Assembly: GCA_964016885.1 (NCBI GenBank)
Contig: OZ024744.1
Span: forward strand, 248,001-312,000
Reading direction: 5' to 3'
Source: Eledone cirrhosa
Taxonomy: Eukaryota
Length of the DNA: 64,000 bases
Position numbers and translations under genes: made by a program. The first letter of the stretch is position 1, and every line of letters begins with the position of its first letter. Positions 10,130 through 22,200 of the stretch are shown in pieces. The notes under the pieces were generated by a model that saw nothing but the letters and a program-made list of their open reading frames with translations, was not told where the DNA came from and did not search any database.

Positions 10130-12849
10130 GTACGTTCTTCACAAGCTAATTTTCTCTACCTTGTCTTCCCTCAAAACTTCGTTCTTCACCAAGCTATCTT
10201 TCTCTACCTTGTCTTCCCTCAAAATTTCGTTCTTCACCAAGCTATCTTTCTCTACCTTGTCTTCCCTCATAACTTCGTTCTTCACCAAGCTATCTTTCTC
10301 TACCTTGTCTTCCCTCAAAACTTCGTTCTTCACCAAGCTAACTTTCTCTACCTTGTCTTCCCTCAAAACTTCGTTCTTCATCAAGCTATCTTTCTCTACC
10401 TTGTCTTCCCTCAAAACTTCGTTCTTCACCAAGCTATCTTTCTCTACCTTGTCTTCCCTCAAAACTTCGTTCTTCACCAAGCTATCTTTCTCTACCTTGT
10501 CTTCCCTCAAAACTTCGTTCTTCACCAAGCTAACTTTCTCTACCTTGTCTTCCCTCAAAACTTCGTTCTTCATCAAGCTATCTTTCTCTACCTTGTCTTC
10601 CCTCAAAACTTCGTTCTTCACCAAGCTATATTTCTCTACCTTTTTTTCCCCCAAAACTTCGTTCTTCACAAAACTATCTTTCTCTACCTTGTCTTCCCTC
10701 AAAACTTCGTTCTTCACCAAGCTATCTTTCTCTACCTTGTCTTCCCTCAAAACTCCGTTCTTCATCAAGCTATCGTTCTCTACTTTGTCTTCCCTCAAAA
10801 CGTCGTTCTTCACCTAGCTATCTTTCTCTACCTTGTCTTCCCTCAAAACGTCGTTCGTTCTTCACCAAGCTATCTTTCTTTACCTTGTCTTCCCCCAAAA
10901 CTTCGTTCTTCACAAGCTATCCTTCTCTACCTTGTCTTCCCTCAAAATTTCGTTCTTGATCAAGCTATCTTTCTCTCCCTTGTCTTCCCTCAAAACTTCG
11001 TTCTTCACCAAGCTAACTTTCTCTACCTTGTCTTCCCTCAAAACTTCGTTCTTCATCAAGCTATCTTTCTCTACCTTGTCTTCCCTCAAAACTTCGTTCT
11101 TCACCAAGCTATCTTTCTCTACCTTGTCTTCCCTCAAAACTTCGTTCTTCACTAAGCTATCTTCTCTACCTTTTTTCCCCCCAAAACTTCGTTCTTCACC
11201 AAACTATCTTTCTCTACCTTGTCTTCCCTCAAAACTTCGTTCTTCACCAAGCTATCTTTCTCTACCTTGTCTTCCCTCAAAACTCCGTTCTTCATCAAGC
11301 TATCGTTCTCTACTTTGTCTTCCCTCAAAACGTCGTTCTTCACCTAGCTATCTTTCTCTACCTTGTCTTCCCTCAAAACGTCGTTCGTTCTTCACCAAGC
11401 TATCTTTCTCTACCTTGTCTTCCCCCAAAACTTCGTTCTTCACAAGCTATCCTTCTCTACCTTGTCTTCCCTCAAAACTTCGTTCTTGATCAAGCTATCT
11501 TTCTCTACCTTGTCTTCCCTCAAAACTTTGTTCTTCACCAAGCTATCTTTCTCTACCTTGTCTTCCCTCAAAACTTCGTTCTTCACCAAGCTATCTTTCT
11601 CTACCTTGTCTTCCCTCAAAACTTCGTTCTTCACCAAGCTATCTTTCTCTACCTTGTCTTCCCCCAAAACATCGTTCTTCACCAAGCTATCTTTCTTTAG
11701 CTTGTCTCCCCTCAAAACTTCGTTATTCACCAAGCTATCTTTCTCTACCTTGTCTTCCCTCAAAACTTCGTTCTTCACCAAGCTATCTTTCTCTACCTTG
11801 TCTTCCCTCAAAACTTCGTTCTTCACCAAGCTATCTTTCTCTACCTTGTCTTCCCCCAGAACATCGTTCTTCACCAATCTATCTTTCTCTACCTTGTCTT
11901 CCCTCAAAACTTCGTTATTCACCAAGCTATCTTTCTCTACCTTGCCTTCCTGCAAAACTTCGTTCTTCATCAAGCTATCTTTCTCTACTTTGTCTTCCCT
12001 CAAAACATCGTTCGTTCTTTATCAAGCTATCTTTCTCTACCTTGTCTTCCCTCAAGACTTCGTTCGTCACCAAGCTATCTTTCTCTACATTGTCTTCCCC
12101 CAAAACTTCGTTCTTCATCAAGCTATCTTTCTCTACCTTGTCTTCCCTCAAAACGTCGTTCTTCACCAAGCTATCTTTCTCTACCTTGTCTACCCACAAA
12201 ACTTCGTTCTTCATCAAGCTATCTTTCTCTACCTTGTCTTCCCTCAAAACGTCGTTCTTCACCAAGCTATCTTTCTCTACCTTGTCTTCCCCCAAAACTT
12301 CGTTCTTCACCAAGCTATCTTTCTCTACCTTGTCTACCCCCAAAACTTCGTTCTTCACCAAGCTATCTTTCTCTACCTTGTCTTCCCACAAAACTTCGTT
12401 CTTCACCAAGCTATCTCTCTCTACCTTGTCTTCCCACAAAACGTCGTTCTTCACCAAGCTATCTTTCGCTACCTTGTCTTCCCTCAAAACTTCGTTCTTC
12501 ATCAAGCTATCTTTCTCTACCTTGTCTTCCCTCAAAACTTCGTTCTTCACCAAGCTATCTTTCTCTACCTTGTCTTCCCTCAAAACTTCGCTCTTCACCA
12601 AGCTATCTTTCTCTACCTTGTCTTCCCTCAAAACTTCGTTCTTCACCAAGCTATCTTTCTCTACCTTGTCTTCCCTCAAAACTTCGTTCTTCACCAAGCT
12701 ATCTTTCTCTACCTTTTTTCCCCCCAAAACTTCGTTCTTCACCAAACTATCTTTCTCTACCTTGTCTTCCCTCAAAACTTCGTTCTTCACCAAGCTATCT
12801 TTCTCTACCTTGTCTTCCCTCAAAACTCCGTTCTTCATCAAGCTATCGT

Positions 12850-15800
12850 TCTCTACTTTGTCTTCCCTCAAAACGTCGTTCTTCACCTAGCTATCCTTCT
12901 CTACCTTGTCTTCCCTCAAAACGTCGTTCGTTCTTCACCAAGCTATCTTTCTCTACCTTGTGTACCCCCAAAACTTCGTTCTTCACAAGCTATCCTTCTC
13001 TACCTTGTCTTCCCTCAAAACTTCGTTCTTGATTAAGCTATCTTTCTCTACCTTGTCTTCCCTCAAAACTTTGTTCTTCACCAAGCTATCTTTCTCTACC
13101 TTGTCTTCCCTCAAAACTTCGTTCTTCACCAAGCTATCTTTCTCTACCTTGTCTTCCCCCAAAACATCGTTCTTCACCAAGCTATCTTTATTTACCTTGT
13201 CTTCCCTCAAAACTTTTTTATTCACCAAGCTATCTTTCTCTACCTTGTCTTCCCTCAAAACTCCGTTCTTCATCAAGCTATCGTTCTCTACTTTGTCTTC
13301 CCTCAAAACGTCGTTCTTCACCAAGCTATCTTTCTCTACCTTGTCTTCCCTCAACACTTCGTTCGTTCTTCATCAAGCTATCATTCTCTACCTTGTCTTC
13401 CCCCAAAACTACGTTCTTCACAAGCTATCTTTCTCTACCTTGTCTTCCCTCAAAACTTCGTTCTTCACCAAGCTATCTTTCTCTACCTTGTCTTCCCTCA
13501 AAATTTCGTTCTTCACCAAGCTATCTTTCTCTACCTTGTCTTCCCTCAAAACTTCGTTCTTCACCAAGCTATCTTTCTCTACCTTGTCTTCCCTCAAAAC
13601 TTCGTTCTTCACCAAGCTAACTTTCTCTACCTTGTCTTCCCTCAAAACTTCGTTCTTCATCAAGCTATCTTTCTCTACCTTGTCTTCCCTCAAAACTTCG
13701 TTCTTCACCAAGCTATCTTTCTTTACCTTGTCTTCCCCCAAAACTTCGTTCTTCACAAGCTATCCTTCTCTACCTTGTCTTCCCTCAAAACTTCGTTCTT
13801 CACAAGCTATCTTTCTCTACCTTGTCTTCCCTCAAAACTTCGTTCTTCATCAAGCTATCTTTCTCTACCTTGTCTTCCCTCAAAACTTCGTTCTTCACCA
13901 AGCTATATTTCTCTACCTTTTTTTCCCCCAAAACTTCGTTCTTCACCAAACTATCTTTCTCTACCTTGTCTTCCCTCAAAACTTCGTTCTTCACCAAGCT
14001 ATCTTTCTCTACCTTGTCTTCCCTCAAAACTCCGTTCTTCATCAAGCTATCGTTCTCTACTTTGTCTTCCCTCAAAACGTCGTTCTTCACCTAGCTATCT
14101 TTCTCTACCTTGTCTTCCCTCAAAACGTCGTTCGTTCTTCACCAAGCTATCTTTCTTTACCTTGTCTTCCCCCAAAACTTCGTTCTTCACAAGCTATCCT
14201 TCTCTACCTTGTCTTCCCTCAAAACTTCGTTCTTGATCAAGCTATCTTTCTCTACCTTGTCTTCCCTCAAAACTTCGTTCTTCATCAAGCTATCTTTCTC
14301 TACCTTGTCTTCCCTCAAAACTTCGTTCTTCACCAAGCTATCTTTCTCTACCTTGTCTTCCCTCAAAACTTCGTTCTTCACCAAGCTATCTTACTCTACC
14401 TTGTCTTCCCTCAAAACTTCGTTCTTCACCAAGCTAACTTTCTCTACCTTGTCTTCCCTCAAAACTTCGTTCTTCATCAAGCTATCTTTCTCTACCTTGT
14501 CTTCCCTCAAAATTTCGTTCTTCACAAAGCTATCTTTCTCTACCTTGTCTTCCCTCAAAACTTCGTTCTTCACCAAGCTATCTTTCTCTACCTTGTCTTC
14601 CCTCAAAACTCCGTTCTTCATCAAGCTATCGTTCTCTACTTTGTCTTCCCTCAAAACGTCGTTCTTCACCTAGCTATCCTTCTCTACCTTGTCTTCCCTC
14701 AAAACGTCGTTCGTTCTTCACCAAGCTATCTTTCTCTACCTTGTGTACCCCCAAAACTTCGTTCTTCACAAGCTATCCTTCTCTACCTTGTCTTCCCTCA
14801 AAACTTCGTTCTTGATTAAGCTATCTTTCTCTACCTTGTCTTCCCTCAAAACTTTGTTCTTCACCAAGCTATCTTTCTCTACCTTGTCTTCCCTCAAAAC
14901 TTCGTTCTTCACCAAGCTATCTTTCTCTACCTTGTCTTCCCCCAAAACATCGTTCTTCACCAAGCTATCTTTATTTACCTTGTCTTCCCTCAAAACTTCG
15001 TTATTCACCAAGCTATCTTTCTCTACCTTGTCTTCCCTCAAAACTCCGTTCTTCATCAAGCTATCGTTCTCTACTTTGTCTTCCCTCAAAACGTCGTTCT
15101 TCACCAAGCTATCTTTCTCTACCTTGTCTTCCCTCAACACTTCGTTCGTTCTTCATCAAGCTATCATTCTCTACCTTGTCTTCCCCCAAAACTACGTTCT
15201 TCACAAGCTATCTTTCTCTACCTTGTCTTCCCTCAAAACTTCGTTCTTCACCAAGCTATCTTTCTCTACCTTGTCTTCCCTCAAAATTTCGTTCTTCACC
15301 AAGCTATCTTTCTCTACCTTGTCTTCCCTCAAAATTTCGTTCTTCACCAAGCTATCTTTCTCTACCTTGTCTTCCCTCAAAACTTCGTTCTTCACCAAGC
15401 TATCCTTCTCTACCTTGTCTTCCCTCAAAACTTCGTTCTTCACAAGCTATCTTTCTCTACCTTGTCTTCCCTCAAAACTTCGTTCTTCATCAAGCTATCT
15501 TTCTCTACCTTGTCTTCCCTCAAAACTTCGTTCTTCACCAAGCTATATTTCTCTACCTTTTTTTCCCCCAAAACTTCGTTCTTCACCAAACTATCTTTCT
15601 CTACCTTGTCTTCCCTCAAAACTTCGTTCTTCACCAAGCTATCTTTCTCTACCTTGTCTTCCCTCAAAACTCCGTTCTTCATCAAGCTATCGTTCTCTAC
15701 TTTGTCTTCCCTCAAAACGTCGTTCTTCACCTAGCTATCTTTCTCTACCTTGTCTTCCCTCAAAACGTCGTTCGTTCTTCACCAAGCTATCTTTCTTTAC

Positions 15801-16230
15801 CTTGTCTTCCCCCAAAACTTCGTTCTTCACAAGCTATCCTTCTCTACCTTGTCTTCCCTCAAAACTTCGTTCTTGATCAAGCTATCTTTCTCTACCTTGT
15901 CTTCCCTCAAAACTTCGTTCTTCATCAAGCTATCTTTCTCTACCTTGTCTTCCCTCAAAACTTCGTTCTTCACCAAGCTATCTTTCTCTACCTTGTCTTC
16001 CCTCAAAACTTCGTTCTTCACCAAGCTATCTTACTCTACCTTGTCTTCCCTCAAAACTTCGTTCTTCACCAAGCTAACTTTCTCTACCTTGTCTTCCCTC
16101 AAAACTTCGTTCTTCATCAAGCTATCTTTCTCTACCTTGTCTTCCCTCAAAATTTCGTTCTTCACAAAGCTATCTTTCTCTACCTTGTCTTCCCTCAAAA
16201 CTTCGTTCTTCACCAAGCTATCTTTCTCTA
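12850..16230. repeat. Imperfect higher-order tandem duplication (offset 1783 bp, then 1640 bp after internal loss of ~3 monomers)
   Basis: ORF starts 12906/14689 (1783) and 13822/15462, 14110/15750 (1640). Shared private variants: GTGTACCCC (~12960/14743), TCTTTATTTACC and ATCATTCTC. Confidence 0.85.
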
Positions 16231-19200
16231 CCTTTTTTCCCCCCAAAACTTCGTTCTTCACCAAACTATCTTTCTCTACCTTGTCTTCCCTCAAAACTTC
16301 GTTCTTCACCAAGCTATCTTTCTCTACCTTGTCTTCCCTCAAAACTCCGTTCTTCACCTAGCTATCCTTCTCTACCTTGTCTTCCCTCAAAACGTCGTTC
16401 GTTCTTCACCAAGCTATCTTTCTCTACCTTGTCTTCCCCCAAAACTTCGTTCTTCACAAGCTATCCTTCTCTACCTTGTCTTCCCTCAAAACTTCGTTCT
16501 TGATTAAGCTATCTTTCTCTACCTTGTCTTCCCTCAAAACTTTGTTCTTCACCAAGCTATCTTTCTCTACCTTGTCTTCCCTCAAAACTTCGTTCTTCAT
16601 CAAGCTATCTTTCTCTACCTTGTCTTCCCTCAAAACTTCGTTCTTCACCAAGCTATCTTTCTCTACCTTGTCTTCCCTCAAAACTTCGTTCTTCACCAAG
16701 CTATCTTACTCTACCTTGTCTTCCCTCAAAACTTCGTTCTTCACCAAGCTAACTTTCTCTACCTTGTCTTCCCTCAAAACTTCGTTCTTCATCAAGCTAT
16801 CTTTCTCTACCTTGTCTTCCCTCAAAATTTCGTTCTTCACAAAGCTATCTTTCTCTACCTTGTCTTCCCTCAAAACTTCGTTCTTCACCAAGCTATCTTT
16901 CTCTACCTTTTTTCCCCCCAAAACTTCGTTCTTCACCAAACTATCTTTCTCTACCTTGTCTTCCCTCAAAACTTCGTTCTTCACCAAGCTATCTTTCTCT
17001 ACCTTGTCTTCCCTCAAAACGTCGTTCTTCACCTAGCTATCCTTCTCTACCTTGTCTTCCCTCAAAACGTCGTTCGTTCTTCACCAAGCTATCTTTCTCT
17101 ACCTTGTCTTCCCCCAAAACTTCGTTCTTCACAAGCTATCCTTCTCTACCTTGTCTTCCCTCAAAACTTCGTTCTTGATTAAGCTATCTTTCTCTACCTT
17201 GTCTTCCCTCAAAACTTTGTTCTTCACCAAGCTATCTTTCTCTACCTTGTCTTCCCTCAAAACTTCGTTCTTCACCAAGCTATCTTTCTCTACCTTGTCT
17301 TCCCTCAAAACTTCGTTCTTCACCAAGCTATCTTTCTCTACCTTGTCTTCCCCCAAAACATCGTTCTTCACCAAGCTATCTTTCTTTACCTTGTCTTCCC
17401 TCAAAACTTCGTTATTCACCAAGCTATCTTTCTCTACCTTGTCTTCCCTCAAAACTCCGTTCTTCATCCAGCTATCGTTCTCTACTTTGTCTTCCCTCAA
17501 AACGTCGTTCTTCACCAAGCTATCTTTCTCTACCTTGTCTTCCCTCAACACTTCGTTCGTTCTTCATCAAGCTATCATTCTCCACCTTGTCTTCCCCCAA
17601 AACTACGTTCTTCACAAGCTATCTTTCTCTACCTTGTCTTCCCTCAAAACTTCGTTCTTCACCAAGCTATCTTTCTCTACCTTGTCTTCCCTCAAAATTT
17701 CGTTCTTCACCAAGCTATCTTTCTCTACCTTGTCTTCCCTCAAAACTTCGTTCTTCACCAAGCTATCTTTCTCTACCTTGTCTTCCCTCAAAACTTCGTT
17801 CTTCACCAAGCTATCTTTCTCTAGCATGTCTTCCCTCAAAACTTCGTTCTTCACCAAGCTATCTTTCTCTACCTTGTCTTCCCTCAAAATTTCGTTCTTC
17901 ACCAAGCTATCTTTCTCTACCTTGTCTTCCCTCAAAACTTCGTTCTTCACCAAGCTATCTTTCTCTACCTTGTCTTCCCTCAAAACTTCGTTCTTCACCA
18001 AGCTAACTTTCTCTACCTTGTCTTCCCTCAAAACTTCGTTCTTCATCAAGCTATCTTTCTCTACCTTGTCTTCCCTCAAAACTTCGTTCTTCACCAAGCT
18101 ATCTTTCTCTACCTTGTCTTCCCTCAAAACTTCGTTCTTCACCAAGCTATCTTTCTCTACCTTGTCTTCCCTCAAAACTTCGTTCTTCACCAAGCTAACT
18201 TTCTCTACCTTGTCTTCCCTCAAAACTTCGTTCTTCATCAAGCTATCTTTCTCTACCTTGTCTTCCCTCAAAACTTCGTTCTTCACCAAGCTATATTTCT
18301 CTACCTTTTTTTCCCCCAAAACTTCGTTCTTCACCAAACTATCTTTCTCTACCTTGTCTTCCCTCAAAACTTCGTTCTTCACCAAGCTATCTTTCTCTAC
18401 CTTTTCTTCCCTCAAAACTCCGTTCTTCATCAAGCTATCGTTCTCTACTTTGTCTTCCCTCAAAACGTCGTTCTTCACCTAGCTATCTTTCTCTACCTTG
18501 TCTTCCCTCAAAACGTCGTTCGTTCTTCACCAAGCTATCTTTCTTTACCTTGTCTTCCCCCAAAACTTCGTTCTTCACAAGCTATCCTTCTCTACCTTGT
18601 CTTCCCTCAAAACTTCGTTCTTGATCAAGCTATCTTTCTCTACCTTGTCTTCCCTCAAAACTTCGTTCTTCATCAAGCTATCTTTCTCTACGTTGGCTTC
18701 CCTCAAAACTTCGTTCTTCACCAAGCTATCTTTCTCTACCTTGTCTTCCCTCAAAACTTCGTTCTTCACCAAGCTATCTTACTCTACCTTGTCTTCCCTC
18801 AAAACTTCGTTCTTCACCAAGCTAACTTTCTCTACCTTGTCTTCCCTCAAAACTTCGTTCTTCATCAAGCTATCTTTCTCTACCTTGTCTTCCCTCAAAA
18901 CTTCGTTCTTCACCAAGCTATCTTTCTCTACCTTTTTTCCCCCCAAAACTTCGTTCTTCACCAAACTATCTTTCTCTACCTTGTCTTCCCTCAAAACTTC
19001 GTTCTTCACCAAGCTATCTTTCTCTACCTTGTCTTCCCTCAAAACTCCGTTCTTCATCAAGCTATCGTTCTCTACTTTGTCTTCCCTCAAAACGTCGTTC
19101 TTCACCTAGCTATCTTTCCCTACCTTGTCTTCCCTCAAAACGTCGTTCGTTCTTCACCAAGCTATCTTTCTCTACCTTGTCTTCCCTCAAAACTTCGTTC

Positions 19201-22200
19201 GTTCTTCACCAAGCTATCTTTCTCTACCTTGTCTTCCCCCAAAACTTCGTTCTTCACAAGCTATCGTTCTCTACCTTGTCTTCCCTCAAAACTTCGTTCT
19301 TCACCAAGCTATCTTTCTCTACCTTGTCTTCCCCCAAAACTTCGTTCTTCACCAAACTATCTTTCTCTACCTTGTCTTCCCTCAAAACTTCGTTCTTCAC
19401 CAAGCTATCTTTCTCTACCTTGTCTTCCCTCAAAACTCCGTTCTTCATCAAGCTATCGTTCTCTACTTTGTCTTCCCTCAAAACGTCGTTCTTCACCTAG
19501 CTATCTTTCTCTACCTTGTCTTCCCTCAAAACGTCGTTCGTTCTTCACCAAGCTATCTTTCTTTACCTTGTCTTCCCCCAAAACTTCGTTCTTCACAAGC
19601 TATCCTTCTCTACCTTGTCTTCCCTCAAAACTTCGTTCTTGATCAAGCTATCTTTCTCTCCCTTGTCTTCCCTCAAAACTTCGTTCTTCATCAAGCTATC
19701 TTTCTCTAACTTGTCTTCCCTCAAAACTTCGTTCTTCACCAAGCTATCTTTCTCTACCTTGTCTTCCCTCAAAACTTCGTTCTTCACCAAGCTATCTTAC
19801 TCTACCTTGTCTTCCCTCAAAACTTCGTTCTTCACCAAGCTAACTTTCTCTACCTTGTCTTCCCTCAAAACTTCGTTCTTCACCAAGCTAACTTTCTCTA
19901 CCTTGTCTTCCCTCAAAACTTCGTTCTTCATCAAGCTATCTTTCTCTACCTTGTCTTCCCTCAAAACTTCGTTCTTCACCAAGCTATATTTCTCTACCTT
20001 TTTTTCCCCCAAAACTTCGTTCTTCACCAAACTATCTTTCTCTACCTTGTCTTCCCTCAAAACTTCGTTCTTCATCAAGCTATCTTTCTCTACCTTGTCT
20101 TCCCTCAAAACTCCGTTCTTCATCAAGCTATCGTTCTCTACTTTGTCTTCCCTCAAAACGTCGTTCTTCACCTAGCTATCTTTCTCTACCTTGTCTTCCC
20201 TCAAAACGTCGTTCGTTCTTCACCAAGCTATCTTTCTTTACCTTGTCTTCCCCCAAAACTTCGTTCTTCACAAGCTATCCTTCTCTACCTTGTCTTCCCT
20301 CAAAACTTCGTTCTTGATCAAGCTATCTTTCTCTACCTTGTCTTCCCTCAAAACTTCGTTCTTCATCAAGCTATCTTTCTCTACCTTGTCTTCCCTCAAA
20401 ACTTCGTTCTTCACCAAGCTATCTTTCTCTACCTTGTCTTCCCTCAAAACTTCGTTCTTCACCAAGCTATCTTTCTCTACCTTTTTTCCCCCCAAAACTT
20501 CGTTCTTCACCAAACTATCTTTCTCTACCTTGTCTTCCCTCAAAACTCCGTTCTTCATCAAGCTATCGTTCTCTACTTTGTCTTCCCTCAAAACGTCGTT
20601 CTTCACCTAGCTATCTTTCTCTACCTTGTCTTCCCTCAAAACGTCGTTCGTTCTTCACCAAGCTATCTTTCTCTACCTTGTCTTCCCTCAAAACTTCGTT
20701 CGTTCTTCACCAAGCTATCTTTCTCTACCTTGTCTTCCCCCAAAACTTCGTTCTTCACAAGCTATCCTTCTCTACCTTGTCTTCCCTCAAAACTTCGTTC
20801 TTCACCAAGCTATCTTTCTCTACCTTGTCTTCCCTCAAAACTTCGTTCTTCACAAGCTATCCTTCTCTACCTTGTCTTCCCTCAAAACTTCGTTCTTGAT
20901 CAAGCTATCTTTCTCTCCCTTGTCTTCCCTCAAAACTTCGTACTTCATCAAGCTATCTTTCTCTAACTTGTCTTCCCTCAAAACTTCGTTCTTCACCAAG
21001 CTATCTTTCTCTACCTTGTCTTCCCTCAAAACTTCGTTCTTCACCAAGCTATCTTACTCTACCTTGTCTTCCCTCAAAACTTCGTTCTTCACCAAGCTAA
21101 CTTTCTCTACCTTGTCTTCCCTCAAAACTTCGTTCTTCACCAAGCTAACTTTCTCTACCTTGTCTTCCCTCAAAACTTCGTTCTTCATCAAGCTATCTTT
21201 CTCTACCTTGTCTTCCCTCAAAACTTCGTTCTTCACCAAGCTATATTTCTCTACCTTTTTTTCCCCCAAAACTTCGTTCTTCACCAAACTATCTTTCTCT
21301 ACCTTGTCTTCCCTCAAAACTTCGTTCTTCATCAAGCTATCTTTCTCTACCTTGTCTTCCCTCAAAACTCCGTTCTTCATCAAGCTCTCGTTCTCTACTT
21401 TGTCTACCCTCAAAACGTCGTTCTTCACCTAGCTATCTTTCTCTACCTTGTCTTCCCTCAAAACGTCGTTCGTTCTTCACCAAGCTATCTTTCTTTACCT
21501 TGTCTTCCCCAAAACTTCGTTCTTCACAAGCTATCCTTCTCTACCTTGTCTTCCCTCAAAACTTCGTTCTTGATCAAGCTATCTTTCTCTACCTTGTCTT
21601 CCCTCAAAACTTCGTTCTTCATCAAGCTATCTTTCTCTACCTTGTCTTCCCTCAAAACTTCGTTCTTCACCAAGCTATCTTTCTCTACCTTGTCTTCCCT
21701 CAAAACTTCGTTCTTCACCAAGCTATCTTACTCTACCTTGTCTTCCCTCAAAACTTCGTTCTTCACCAAGCTAACTTTCTCTACCTTGTCTTCCCTCAAA
21801 ACTTCGTTCTTCATCAAGCTATCTTTCTCTACCTTGTCTTCCCTCAAAACTTCGTTCTTCACCAAGCTATCTTTCTCTACCTTGTCTTCCCTCAAAACTT
21901 CGTTCTTCACCAAGCTATCTTTCTCTACCTTTTTTTCCCCCCAAAACTTCGTTCTTCACCAAACTATCTTTCTCTACCTTGTCTTCCCTCAAAACTTCGT
22001 TCTTCACCAAGCTATCTTTCTCTACCTTGTCTTCCCTCAAAACTCCGTTCTTCATCAAGCTATCGTTCTCTACTTTGTCTTCCCTCAAAACGTCGTTCTT
22101 CACCTAGCTATCTTTCTCTACCTTGTCTTCCCTCAAAACGTCGTTCGTTCTTCACCAAGCTATCTTTCTCTACCTTGTCTTCCCTCAAAACTTCGTTCGT

